A stretch of DNA of 64,000 nt from Spirochaetaceae bacterium. GTDB taxonomy: Bacteria > Spirochaetota > Spirochaetia > DSM-2461. Below are positions 38,801-48,309 of the stretch, in pieces. Location: positions 2,368,001 to 2,432,000 of the forward strand of contig OZ245056.1 of the NCBI GenBank assembly GCA_965224705.1, in the 5' to 3' direction. The position numbers and the translations under genes are program-made. Below the pieces are notes generated by a model. It saw only the letters and a program-made list of their open reading frames with translations, did no database searches and had not been told where the DNA came from. Position 1 is the stretch's first letter, and every line of letters starts with the position of its first letter.

Positions 38801-40032
38801 TGGACGGTCAGGTTATTGCCGGGTTGGATGCAGGGAATGATACAGTTCGAGTTCTTATAGGAGAACTGTTCCCTGATGGTGAGATTGTTTTCTCTGGTTG
38901 GGGATCCTGTCCTGCCAGAGGTTTATTGAATGGCTTCATCGTCAATATAGTGGATTTCCAGGAATGCACTGAAAAAGCTGTTGAGCATGCGGAGCAGAAG
39001 GCTGGGAGAGAAGTGGAAGACCTGCTGGTTTCCTTTGGGGGGATACCCACCTACAGTTTCAATTCAAAAGGTGTTGTGAAAGTCTCGGGGAAGAACAGCG
39101 AAGTTGGACAGCCGGATATTGACAATGTTCTTGAATCAGCGAGTGCTGTCTCTCTGCCTGTGGAACAGAGTATTCTCCACATCCTTCCACAGGATTACAT
39201 CCTGGATTACCAGCCTGGTATCCACGACCCAAGGAATATGAATGGTGTCAGACTTGAGTGCAACGTCCATATAACTACGGTGCAGTCTTCATACATTGGG
39301 AATATGGAAAGAGCATTCGAACGGTCAGGGTACAGGATTCGGGATAAGTTTCTGGGTTCCTGGGCATCGTCAAACGCAGTGCTCAGTAGAGATGAAAAGA
39401 ATGCGGGAGTTCTGCTGATTGATGTCGGATCACTGGTCACTGATTTCATGCTCATCCGGGATGGGATGCCCGGATTTTCGGGTTCAATCAATATCGGCGG
39501 TAAACTTGCAACTCATGACCTTGCCACAATACTGCATGTTTCAATGGAAACAGCGGAGACTCTCAAGAATGAGTATTCAAGTTCCTGGCCGGCTTTTGCG
39601 GATCAGGATAGAACAATTCCGATAAAGGGTGCGATCGGACAGGGTCCTTCCTCGGTTCAAACGTCAAGTCTTGCCAGCATACTGGAGGCTCGAATGGAGG
39701 ACCTGTTCAAATCAATAAAAAAAGAAGTTGATAAATTGCAGGGTGGGCAGTTGATTGGTGGTGGATTGGTTTTAACAGGCGGAGGGTCATTGCTGCGGGG
39801 TATGACAGAATTGGCCCAGAAGGTGTTTTCAAAACCTGTGAGGGTGGGTGGAGCTAAGTCTGTTTTGAATCTGCCAGAAGAGTGCTGTGATCCGCGGTGG
39901 GCTACAGCGGCCGGACTGGTGCAGTTGGGGGCTGAATCTTTTTTCGTCGGAAAGAGTGGGAGATCAAAAGGTTCAGCTGTTTCACAAAGTTTTCTGAGCA
40001 GTATCTCTGATTGGCTGCGGCGTTTTTTTTAA
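38797..40032 (+). CDS. ftsA: Cell division protein FtsA
   Basis: AGLDAG, ILHILPQDY, GVRLE, IDVG, LVLTGGG, C-terminal amphipathic WLRRFF. Confidence 0.94.
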   Translation: MMDGQVIAGLDAGNDTVRVLIGELFPDGEIVFSGWGSCPARGLLNGFIVNIVDFQECTEKAVEHAEQKAGREVEDLLVSFGGIPTYSFNSKGVVKVSGKNSEVGQPDIDNVLESASAVSLPVEQSILHILPQDYILDYQPGIHDPRNMNGVRLECNVHITTVQSSYIGNMERAFERSGYRIRDKFLGSWASSNAVLSRDEKNAGVLLIDVGSLVTDFMLIRDGMPGFSGSINIGGKLATHDLATILHVSMETAETLKNEYSSSWPAFADQDRTIPIKGAIGQGPSSVQTSSLASILEARMEDLFKSIKKEVDKLQGGQLIGGGLVLTGGGSLLRGMTELAQKVFSKPVRVGGAKSVLNLPEECCDPRWATAAGLVQLGAESFFVGKSGRSKGSAVSQSFLSSISDWLRRFF

Positions 40033-40182
40033 GGGAGGGAGAATGTATTTAAAAACAATCGACATGTTGTTTATTGGAAGAACTGCATCAGGGCTCTTGT
40101 GTGCAGTCATGGCGGAAAAAGATGCGGATGACCGTATGATGATGAGATTTGGAGTGAAACGTGTGAATTTCTGGGGGGGAAA

Positions 40183-41409
40183 ATGGATTTAGAAGTAACG
40201 GATGATTTGTTGTTTGGACATGCTGTAATAAAAGTCGTTGGATGCGGCGGTGCTGGAAATAATGCTGTTGATCGAATGATAACGTCTGGTCTGGGGAATG
40301 TGAGTTACATCGCTGTGAATACAGATTTTCAGGCTCTCGACAAATCAAAGGCTCCCACCAAGATCCTGTTGGGCCGCAAGGTTACCGGGGGATTGGGGGC
40401 TGGTAATGACCCCGCTGTAGGTGAGAAGGCAGCTGAGGAGGAAGTGGAAACAATTAAGGAACATCTCAAAGGGGCTGATATGGTGTTCCTCACAGCAGGA
40501 ATGGGGGGAGGAACTGGTACGGGAGCAACTCCGGTTGTCGCTCGAACAGCCATGGAATTGGGTTGTCTGACTGTCGCTATCGTAACAATGCCTTTTGTTC
40601 ATGAGGGGAAACAAAAAATGATCCGGGCCGAATCAGGAATTGAGAAACTGAATCACCATGTCGACACTTTGATAAAAATGTCCAATCAGAATCTCATTGA
40701 CAATGGTCATGGTCAGTTAAATATAAGCGAATCCTTCCGTAAAATCGATGAAATTCTGCATCTGGCCGTACAGGGGATAACAGATCTGGTAACGAAGAGG
40801 GGATTGATGAATATCGATTTTGCAGATCTCAAGTCTACAATGAAGGGGCAGGGTGCTTCTCTGATGTGTATCGGCCGGGGAAAAGGCAGTAACCGGTTTG
40901 TTCAAGCCGCCAGAGCAGCCATTACCCATCCTATGTTTGATGGTGTGAAAATTGACGGGGCAAAAAATATTCTGGTTAACATTCGAAGCACCACGGACAT
41001 TTCGGCAAATGCATTGAATGAAACAATGGCCATAATCACCGAAAAGGCGGATCCTGATGTTAACTTCAAACATGGATTGATTCTTGATGAAGATCTCGAG
41101 GATGAAGTGATGATAACTGTAATCGCTACTGGTTTGAGTGATCAAAAAACCGACGAAACGGTGGAGAAGGAACCCGTCCCTAACAGGACGTTGATTCCAC
41201 CTGACACAAACAGCAATCGTAAAGGAAATGAACTTTCATACCACCAGTGGAATGCCGTGTTCAATAAGCGAGGTTTAAGAACAGGTTTACCAACCTCAAA
41301 CTCTCTGGAAACTTCACCGAACCATGGAGACGGCGATAAAAAAGACAGCGGTGAGGACATGCTTATTCCTTCTTTGTATCGCAGGCATAAACCAGAGAAT
41401 AATGAGTAA
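40183..41409 (+). CDS. ftsZ: Cell division protein FtsZ
   Basis: IKVVGCGGAGNNAV, GMGGGTGTG, NIDFAD, C-terminal IPSLYR. Confidence 0.97.
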   Translation: MDLEVTDDLLFGHAVIKVVGCGGAGNNAVDRMITSGLGNVSYIAVNTDFQALDKSKAPTKILLGRKVTGGLGAGNDPAVGEKAAEEEVETIKEHLKGADMVFLTAGMGGGTGTGATPVVARTAMELGCLTVAIVTMPFVHEGKQKMIRAESGIEKLNHHVDTLIKMSNQNLIDNGHGQLNISESFRKIDEILHLAVQGITDLVTKRGLMNIDFADLKSTMKGQGASLMCIGRGKGSNRFVQAARAAITHPMFDGVKIDGAKNILVNIRSTTDISANALNETMAIITEKADPDVNFKHGLILDEDLEDEVMITVIATGLSDQKTDETVEKEPVPNRTLIPPDTNSNRKGNELSYHQWNAVFNKRGLRTGLPTSNSLETSPNHGDGDKKDSGEDMLIPSLYRRHKPENNE

Positions 41410-42286
41410 TCAGCAGCTGATCATTGATTTTCAGGGCTATCTCAGGCATGAACTGCATGCAGCGAATTCCACGATTGAAACCTATGTTTCGGAAGTTCAA
41501 CGATTTACAGTATGGCTTGATGAATCCGATGCAGGAGATGTGACTGAATCAGAACTTGAGTCCTATATTGTGGCACGGAAAACAACCTGCCTGCTGAGCA
41601 GCAGTACAGTTTCCCGTATCATCAGTTCATTGAAGTCTTTTTTTATCTTCCTGCAGAACACTGGTTACCGAAAAGATAATCCAGCACAGGAGATGCAGCG
41701 CTCCAAAGTTGCAAGGCATTGGCCGGAGGCTCTGGATTCGGCTGATCTGGAAAAATTCTTCAAGTCAATCGACTGGGAAACTCCTCTTGGACTGCGGGAC
41801 AGGGCACTCTTTGAACTGATCTATTCCTGTGGTTTAAGAGTGAGTGAGGCCGTCAGTTTGGAACTGTCTCACATCTCTTTCGAAGAAGGATTAATTCATG
41901 TGTACGGTAAGGGGAACAGGGAAAGACTGGTTCCGTTAGGGGAGGATGCTGAGCAATGGATGAAGCATTATCTTTCATCGGGCAGACCCCATCTGCTCAG
42001 AGGCGTTTCCAGTACCAACCGGGTATTTCTTAATCACAGAGGAGGAGGTTTGAGCCGGAAAGGCATGTGGAAGAGATTTCGTGGGATTGCGGCTATGGCC
42101 GCTGTGGATGGAAAAATTCACTCTCTGAGACATTCCTTTGCAACCCATTTACTGAAGGGGGGAGCCGACTTGAGAAGTGTTCAGGAACTTCTTGGGCATG
42201 TGGATATTGGTACAACTCAGATATATACTCACTTGAATCGGGATGATCTGGCCAGTGCCCATAATGAGTTTTTTCCGAGGAAGTGA
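41402..42286 (+). CDS. xerD: Tyrosine recombinase XerD-like
   Basis: RDRALFELIYSCGLRVSE, HSLRHSFATHLL, LLGH..TTQIYTH. Confidence 0.85.
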   Translation: MSNQQLIIDFQGYLRHELHAANSTIETYVSEVQRFTVWLDESDAGDVTESELESYIVARKTTCLLSSSTVSRIISSLKSFFIFLQNTGYRKDNPAQEMQRSKVARHWPEALDSADLEKFFKSIDWETPLGLRDRALFELIYSCGLRVSEAVSLELSHISFEEGLIHVYGKGNRERLVPLGEDAEQWMKHYLSSGRPHLLRGVSSTNRVFLNHRGGGLSRKGMWKRFRGIAAMAAVDGKIHSLRHSFATHLLKGGADLRSVQELLGHVDIGTTQIYTHLNRDDLASAHNEFFPRK

Positions 42287-42453
42287 TGAATACGACATTG
42301 GACGATATTCTTTCTGGTTTTGACCTGGCTTTTTCAATTACTGTGGAGGGGATGAGTATTTCAGGCTCCAGGATACATGAACGAAGGATTCCGCTGTGAG
42401 TTTTCGGAGGATCTCTTCACCGGATTCCGGGAGCACGTCTTATAGAGGATCGC

Positions 42454-43200
42454 ATGAGTGTTAATCAAGTTCTTTTTCAGAGAATACTTATGATCAAACT
42501 GCGATGTTTTTTCATTTTACTGATCACAGGACTTATTTCCTGCGGTAAAAATGATAACCGTACAGTTCTGGCAAAGCGGCTGATGGAATTGGAAGGAAAT
42601 CTTGAAGAACCTGAGAGGATCCGGGAATTGAAATTCAAAATAAGAGCTGTAGACTCTGAGGTCGAAAAAACTCTTGAATTGGTAGAAGATAAAGCTACTT
42701 ACTGGCGTTTGCTCGGACTCAAGTACATGGATTATAAAATGTGGGGAAAGGCTGCGGAGGCGTTTGACGAGGCAATAGAATTAACACCTGATCATGCAGT
42801 ATTGCTGTATAGAAAAGCTCTCTGCATCGGACAACTCTCATTGTCCATTGCTGATGAAGAGTTGAAAAGGAAGTATATGGAAGAAGCCAGAAATGGATAT
42901 CAAAGAGTGCTGGCCATTGACCCTCGTTATACACCGGCTATGTACGCCCTGGCCGTTATCTATGTTTTTGAGACCGGAGAGTACTTGAAAGCAGCTGAAT
43001 TGCTGAATAATTTACTTAAAATAGAGAGAAGTGATATTCAAGCTCGTTTTCTGTTAGCAAGAAGCCTTATGGAAATCGGAAAAACAGCGGATGCCCTTGA
43101 TGTTTACAGCGACATTGTACGCAGTGCTGAACGTGATTCAGATAAGAAAAAAGCTGAAGATTTGTATAAGAGGATTCTGGAGGATGCCGATGGAAACTAA
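42454..43200 (+). CDS. TPR-containing lipoprotein
   Basis: Lipobox-like LISC and TPR-like repeats; start may be ATG 42490. Confidence 0.75.
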   Translation: MSVNQVLFQRILMIKLRCFFILLITGLISCGKNDNRTVLAKRLMELEGNLEEPERIRELKFKIRAVDSEVEKTLELVEDKATYWRLLGLKYMDYKMWGKAAEAFDEAIELTPDHAVLLYRKALCIGQLSLSIADEELKRKYMEEARNGYQRVLAIDPRYTPAMYALAVIYVFETGEYLKAAELLNNLLKIERSDIQARFLLARSLMEIGKTADALDVYSDIVRSAERDSDKKKAEDLYKRILEDADGN

Positions 43201-44191
43201 TCTCCAGTTGGCACTTGCTGTTAACCGCTTCCCGGGCCATCGTGGATGGCTTAAAAAGAAGGTGCTTGAAACGTGTCGCGATGAAACCGACCTGATGGAT
43301 GCTTTTCAGCTCTATCTGTCAAAGATCACTACCTCCAGAAACCGAAAAAAAATAAATCTATCCTGTCTGCTAAAGGAGTCTGAAACTGAAATCACCCGTC
43401 TGAAGAACTGGGGCATCCGGTGCCGTATTCTTGGTGATAGCAGTTATCCAGCCAGCCTTGCCATGATAAGTGATCCACCCCTGGTGCTGTACAGCCGGGG
43501 GGAGTGTTCATGGATGGAGAAACCATGTATTGCCATCGTTGGAACGAGGAGGCCAACGGCCGGAGGTCTGCGGGAAGCATACAAACTTGCCCTGGAATTC
43601 TCCCTTGCAGGGTATCCTGTGGTATCAGGACTGGCTTTTGGAATCGACAGGGCTGCCCATGAAGGGGCACTGGATGGTGGTGGGCCAACCTGGGCCGTTC
43701 TTGCAGGCGGATTGGACAGGCCAAGTCCTGTGTCCCATCGACAACTTGCATCAAGGATACTTGACAGGGGAGGTGCTCTTATGGGGGAGATCTCTCCGGG
43801 CGGTTTCCCGGTTCGGTATGCCTTTCCAAGACGGAATCGTATCCTCAGCGGATTGTGCCGGGGATGTATTGTTGTGCAGGCACCAGAGAAATCAGGAGCC
43901 CTGATTACAGCTGATTTTGCACTGGAACAGGGCCGGGATCTCTATGTTGGATTGTCAGGAATCAGTTTCCCCAACTTCAGGGGAACATGCGAACTTGAAG
44001 AACAGGGGGCTCCAGTGATAAGCAGTGCATCCGATGTTTTGATGGACTGGGGAAAGCCGGGAGATATCCGCTGTGTGCAGGCAGTTTCTGAGCCTCAAAG
44101 TTCAATCGACCTTGTTCGGCTGATCAGGAAGGAATTGGAAGGACGTGTTTTCAAACACATGGGGGGCTGGTTTGAATATCAAGGTGTATGA
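43190..44191 (+). CDS. dprA: DNA-processing protein DprA
   Basis: YPASL..DPP, AIVGTR, VSGLAFGID, FPRRNR, SGALITA. Confidence 0.93.
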   Translation: METNLQLALAVNRFPGHRGWLKKKVLETCRDETDLMDAFQLYLSKITTSRNRKKINLSCLLKESETEITRLKNWGIRCRILGDSSYPASLAMISDPPLVLYSRGECSWMEKPCIAIVGTRRPTAGGLREAYKLALEFSLAGYPVVSGLAFGIDRAAHEGALDGGGPTWAVLAGGLDRPSPVSHRQLASRILDRGGALMGEISPGGFPVRYAFPRRNRILSGLCRGCIVVQAPEKSGALITADFALEQGRDLYVGLSGISFPNFRGTCELEEQGAPVISSASDVLMDWGKPGDIRCVQAVSEPQSSIDLVRLIRKELEGRVFKHMGGWFEYQGV

Positions 44192-45065
44192 CTGGCTGGA
44201 TCATCTTCGCAATGTCAGAGGTCTGTCGAATGCCACCATCAAAGCGTATACTCAGGATGCTGCCGCCTGGACATCATTTCTGGATCAGCAGGGAATGGAT
44301 ATTGATACCGCTGATCAGATTGAAGCACGATCATTTGTAAACCAGATGTCAGTGGACAATTTATCAGCAACAACTGTGAATCGCAGGCTGTCCGCTCTCA
44401 GAGGATTCTACAGGTGGTGTCACCACCGGGATAATTCATGTACTAATCCATTCAATGGAGTGAAAACCCTCAAACAGGGACGTCAACTCCCCGGGTATTT
44501 AACCTGTGAAGAGATTGATGGAATACTGGACAGTACGGACAGCAGCTTTACAGGGAAGCGGGATAGAGTAATAATTGAATTACTGTACTCAACCGGGTGC
44601 CGTGTTGGAGAACTCTGTGCTCTGAACGTAGCAGATGTTCTTAAACGGCAGATCAAAGTGATGGGGAAGGGATCCCGTGAGCGCTATGTCTTCATCGGTT
44701 TAAGGGCTGAGGAGGCATTGGAAGATTACCTGCCTCTCAGAGAGGAACATGTATCCGATAGTCCTGACAGCCGGATGGCCCTGCTGCTCAATATGAGGGG
44801 CAGGCGATTGACTACCCGGGGTGTTCGATATTTGATAAAGAAGCTGTCAGTTCGGAGTGGAACAGCGAAGGTTGTACATCCTCATACTTTTCGGCATAGC
44901 TTTGCCACTCATATTCACGATGGGGGTGCGAATATCAGAATAGTTCAGGAGCTTTTAGGGCATTCAAGTCTATCGACAACTCAGGTTTATACTCATACGG
45001 GTATAGAACGTATAAAGAAAGTGTACAGAGATGCCCATCCCCATGGGAAAAAATCAAACTGTTAA
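44172..45065 (+). CDS. xerC: Tyrosine recombinase XerC-like
   Basis: LYSTGCRVGE, HPHTFRHSFATH, LLGHSSLSTTQVYTH, YRDAHP. Start approximate. Confidence 0.85.
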   Translation: MNIKVYDWLDHLRNVRGLSNATIKAYTQDAAAWTSFLDQQGMDIDTADQIEARSFVNQMSVDNLSATTVNRRLSALRGFYRWCHHRDNSCTNPFNGVKTLKQGRQLPGYLTCEEIDGILDSTDSSFTGKRDRVIIELLYSTGCRVGELCALNVADVLKRQIKVMGKGSRERYVFIGLRAEEALEDYLPLREEHVSDSPDSRMALLLNMRGRRLTTRGVRYLIKKLSVRSGTAKVVHPHTFRHSFATHIHDGGANIRIVQELLGHSSLSTTQVYTHTGIERIKKVYRDAHPHGKKSNC

Positions 45066-45074
45066 GAGGTATGA

Positions 45075-45620
45075 ATGGTAGAAATACGGGGAACGACAAT
45101 AGTTGCAGTTCGGAAGGATAATGAAGTGGCCATGGCCGGTGATGGTCAGGTCACTCTGGGTCAGTCCGTTATAATAAAAGGCCTGGCCCAAAAAGTAAGA
45201 CGTCTTTACAACGGGCGTGTTCTGGTGGGTTTCGCTGGATCCACTGCCGATGCATTTACCCTTGAAGAACGCTTTGAGGCTAAATTGAAGGAGTTTGCAG
45301 GGGATGTGACTCGAGCGGCTGTAGAACTGGCCAAAGATTGGCGTACTGACCGCATCCTGCGCCGCCTGGAAGCCATGCTGCTGGTAGCTGATGAAAACCG
45401 GACACTGCTTTTAAGTGGTACAGGGGATGTGATTGAACCGGATGGTGATGTTGCCGCTATTGGCAGCGGCGGGAACTATGCCAGTGCTGCTGCTCGGGCT
45501 TATCTGGATACTTCCAATTTCAATGCGGCTGAAATCGCCCGAAAATCCATGGATATAGCGGCTGATATCTGTGTTTTTACAAACAAGAATATAGTTATGG
45601 AGACATTGCCGAATGAGTAA
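45075..45620 (+). CDS. hslV: ATP-dependent protease subunit HslV
   Basis: [28 protein letters not shown]. Confidence 0.97.
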   Translation: MVEIRGTTIVAVRKDNEVAMAGDGQVTLGQSVIIKGLAQKVRRLYNGRVLVGFAGSTADAFTLEERFEAKLKEFAGDVTRAAVELAKDWRTDRILRRLEAMLLVADENRTLLLSGTGDVIEPDGDVAAIGSGGNYASAAARAYLDTSNFNAAEIARKSMDIAADICVFTNKNIVMETLPNE

Positions 45621-46974
45621 ACTGGATGGATTAACACCACAGGAAATTGTTGACTGGCTGGATCAATACATCATTGGCCAGAATGCCGCTAAGAAAGCTG
45701 TTGCCATTGCTCTGCGGAATCGCCAGCGCCGGGCTGTGCTTCCTGATGATATAAGGGATGAAGTGGCACCGAAAAACATACTGATGATTGGTCCTACTGG
45801 TGTTGGAAAAACAGAAATCGCCCGTCGACTGGCAAAACTTGGCGGAACACCATTCATCAAGGTGGAGGCGACTAAATTCACAGAGGTTGGTTATGTTGGC
45901 CGGGATGTCGAATCCATGGTCCGGGATCTTATCGCCAGGGCCGTATCAATGGTAAAGGATGAAATGAAAACCAGTGTCGAAAAGGCGGCCCATGAAGCCG
46001 CCGAGGAAGCACTTCTGGACATCCTTCTGCCCGGCTCTTCAGTACCACCTCCGGAGGGAGTTAATAGTACTACCCCGGTGGAGCCTGACAGGGGTAAATA
46101 TGCAAGAGAAGTCCTGAGAAAAAAACTCCTGGCCGGTGAACTGGATGACAGACTGGTGGAGATCACAGCAGGTTCCGGTCATCGTCCCCAGGTGGAAGTT
46201 ATTACCGGCTCAGGGATTGAGCAGATGGGATTTGATTTCAGCAGCTTCGGATCATTGTTTCAGGGTCAAAAAAAATCCCGTAAGGTGAAGGTTTCCCAGG
46301 CAAGGGATATTCTTCTAGCAGAGCATCAGGAAAAATTAATTGATTCTGAAAGTGCTGTGGAACTGGCAAGGGAGAAGGTTCAGAATGGCGGAATCATATT
46401 TATTGATGAGATCGATAAAATTGCGGGTAAGGGAGGTCACTCCGATGGACCCAATGTGTCACGGGAAGGGGTTCAAAGAGATATTCTCCCCATTGTAGAA
46501 GGATCCACAGTCAATACGAAATATGGGATGGTGGAAACCGATCATATTTTATTCATTGCCGCCGGTGCTTTCAATCTTTCCAAACCATCCGATCTCATTC
46601 CAGAACTTCAAGGCCGATTTCCTCTCCGAGTTGAACTTGAATCCCTTGATGCGGACGATTTCGAAGTTATTTTGACTTCGCCAAGAAATGCACTGACAAA
46701 GCAATATGTCGAGCTTCTGGCTACTGAAGGAATTGAACTCGAATTTCGGGATGATGCCGTTAAGCAGCTGTCGAAAATTGCAGCTGAAGTCAATGCACAA
46801 ACCGAGAACATTGGTGCCCGGCGGCTTCATACCGTTCTGGAGCATTTGCTGGAAGAGATTTCATTTGATGCCCCCGATCGGAAAGGGGAGAAGATAGTGC
46901 TGACAAAAGAATATGTGGATGAAAGACTGAGTGAAATTGTTGAGGATAGAGATTTATCGCGTTACATCCTCTGA
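45613..46974 (+). CDS. hslU: ATP-dependent protease ATPase HslU
   Basis: [40 protein letters not shown]. Confidence 0.97.
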   Translation: MSKLDGLTPQEIVDWLDQYIIGQNAAKKAVAIALRNRQRRAVLPDDIRDEVAPKNILMIGPTGVGKTEIARRLAKLGGTPFIKVEATKFTEVGYVGRDVESMVRDLIARAVSMVKDEMKTSVEKAAHEAAEEALLDILLPGSSVPPPEGVNSTTPVEPDRGKYAREVLRKKLLAGELDDRLVEITAGSGHRPQVEVITGSGIEQMGFDFSSFGSLFQGQKKSRKVKVSQARDILLAEHQEKLIDSESAVELAREKVQNGGIIFIDEIDKIAGKGGHSDGPNVSREGVQRDILPIVEGSTVNTKYGMVETDHILFIAAGAFNLSKPSDLIPELQGRFPLRVELESLDADDFEVILTSPRNALTKQYVELLATEGIELEFRDDAVKQLSKIAAEVNAQTENIGARRLHTVLEHLLEEISFDAPDRKGEKIVLTKEYVDERLSEIVEDRDLSRYIL

Positions 46975-47040
46975 TATTCTCAGATTGCGGGGAGGGATTG
47001 TCGAAGATGAAGAAGAGGGCAAACCCTTTGGGAGGAAAAA

Positions 47041-47454
47041 ATGGAATATTCCAGTTTGAATCGTACGACGGATCTGTTACTGCGCAGCATGTCTGCGGCC
47101 ACTTTGCGCCGTCAGGTGATAGTAAACAATATGGCTAATGCCGAAACGCCTGGTTTCAAGCGTTCAGAAGTGAGCTTTGAAGCTGAACTTGCCCGCGCAC
47201 TGCGGAGAGAAAAAGGCAATCAGTCAATTGGAGTTACAACCCATGAGAAGCATATTCCATTCACCCAGAATGTTGATTATCGCAGTGTGAAACCAAAAGT
47301 TACTCTGGATTATCTTACTGTGGCTAAGAATAATGGCAACAATGTGGATGGGGAGATCGAATTGAACAACAGCATGAAGAATCAGATGATGTATGAACTG
47401 ATGACCAGCGTTATGGGACACCAGTTTCGAGTAGTGAACCTGGTTATTGAATAG
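47041..47454 (+). CDS. flgB: Flagellar basal-body rod protein FlgB
   Basis: NNMANAETPGFK, NNGNNVD. Confidence 0.94.
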   Translation: MEYSSLNRTTDLLLRSMSAATLRRQVIVNNMANAETPGFKRSEVSFEAELARALRREKGNQSIGVTTHEKHIPFTQNVDYRSVKPKVTLDYLTVAKNNGNNVDGEIELNNSMKNQMMYELMTSVMGHQFRVVNLVIE

Positions 47455-47468
47455 GAGTGGTCTGATCA

Positions 47469-47927
47469 ATGGGTCTATTTACAACAATTAACACAGCCGC
47501 TTCCGGTTTAACGGCACAACGGCTGCGGCTGGATGTGATCTCTGACAATATTGCGAATGCCAATACAACAAGGACAGCGGAAGGCGGGCCGTACAGACGC
47601 AGCCGAGTCGTATTCAGGCCGAGAACAAAACAAACCTATTGGAGAAGTCCGTTTCTGCCTGATTTTCTCAAGAACAGGGTTGGCGATGGCGTTCGGGTTG
47701 TGTCCATTGAAAAGGATATGGATTCCGATCTGGTTCTCAAATGGGATCCTTCGCATCCGGATGCAATTAAAACAGGCCCGAAAACTGGATACGTTGAACT
47801 TCCCAATGTCAACATTGTCAATGAAATGGTGGATATGATTTCGGCTTCCAGGGCCTATGAAGCCAATATTGCCATCATTGATGGATCCAAGAGTATGTAT
47901 AGAAAAGCACTGGAGATAGGGAGGTAG
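47469..47927 (+). CDS. flgC: Flagellar basal-body rod protein FlgC
   Basis: SGLTAQRLRLDVISDNIANA, DPSHPDA, EMVDMISASRAYEAN. Confidence 0.96.
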   Translation: MGLFTTINTAASGLTAQRLRLDVISDNIANANTTRTAEGGPYRRSRVVFRPRTKQTYWRSPFLPDFLKNRVGDGVRVVSIEKDMDSDLVLKWDPSHPDAIKTGPKTGYVELPNVNIVNEMVDMISASRAYEANIAIIDGSKSMYRKALEIGR

Positions 47928-47929
47928 TT

Positions 47930-48253
47930 ATGAATCCAGTTTCCCCTGATGGGAATATTGTAAAAATGGAATTGACAGATGCAATGCATCTTAACAGTAC
48001 CGGACAGTTGAATCCGGAGGTGAATACCGATGGAAAGGACTTCAGTACGGTAATAGCGGGTGCTTTCGACAGGGTATCCGACAGGCAGATGGCAGCAAAC
48101 AATATATTTGAACGGATGATAACACATCCTGACGAGGTGGAAATACATGATGTTACGACGGCCATGGCAACAGCTGAAATGAGTGTACGTCTTACGAAGG
48201 CCATAGTTGATAGAGCTGTTAAAGCTTACAATGACATCACTTCAATGAGGTAG
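47930..48253 (+). CDS. fliE: Flagellar hook-basal body protein FliE
   Basis: HDVT.AM..AE....DRAVKAYNDI; position in operon. Confidence 0.92.
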   Translation: MNPVSPDGNIVKMELTDAMHLNSTGQLNPEVNTDGKDFSTVIAGAFDRVSDRQMAANNIFERMITHPDEVEIHDVTTAMATAEMSVRLTKAIVDRAVKAYNDITSMR

Positions 48254-48309
48254 AAGTATAACAACCATGGGACGGGGAATCCTGTGGCTTGAATGGGAGG
48301 GGAAAGTAC

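Noticed and set aside
32720..41409. dcw cluster lacking ftsI, murE, murD, murG and murC
   Set aside because: A reduced dcw cluster joined to flagellar genes is the usual spirochete arrangement.
42286..42453. 37-aa ORF in frame with the TPR lipoprotein across a TGA (possible readthrough or selenocysteine)
   Set aside because: No recognisable SECIS or redox motif, and the lipoprotein has its own signal peptide downstream. Probably chance.
41402..45065. Two tyrosine recombinases as prophage or island integrases
   Set aside because: They have XerC/XerD size and motifs, sit in the housekeeping ftsZ-dprA-hslVU context, and have no att sites or cargo.
46980..47007. Sigma28-like promoter before flgB (TCAG-16-GTCGAAGA)
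   Set aside because: Too many mismatches to TAAA-N15-GCCGATAA to support from sequence alone.
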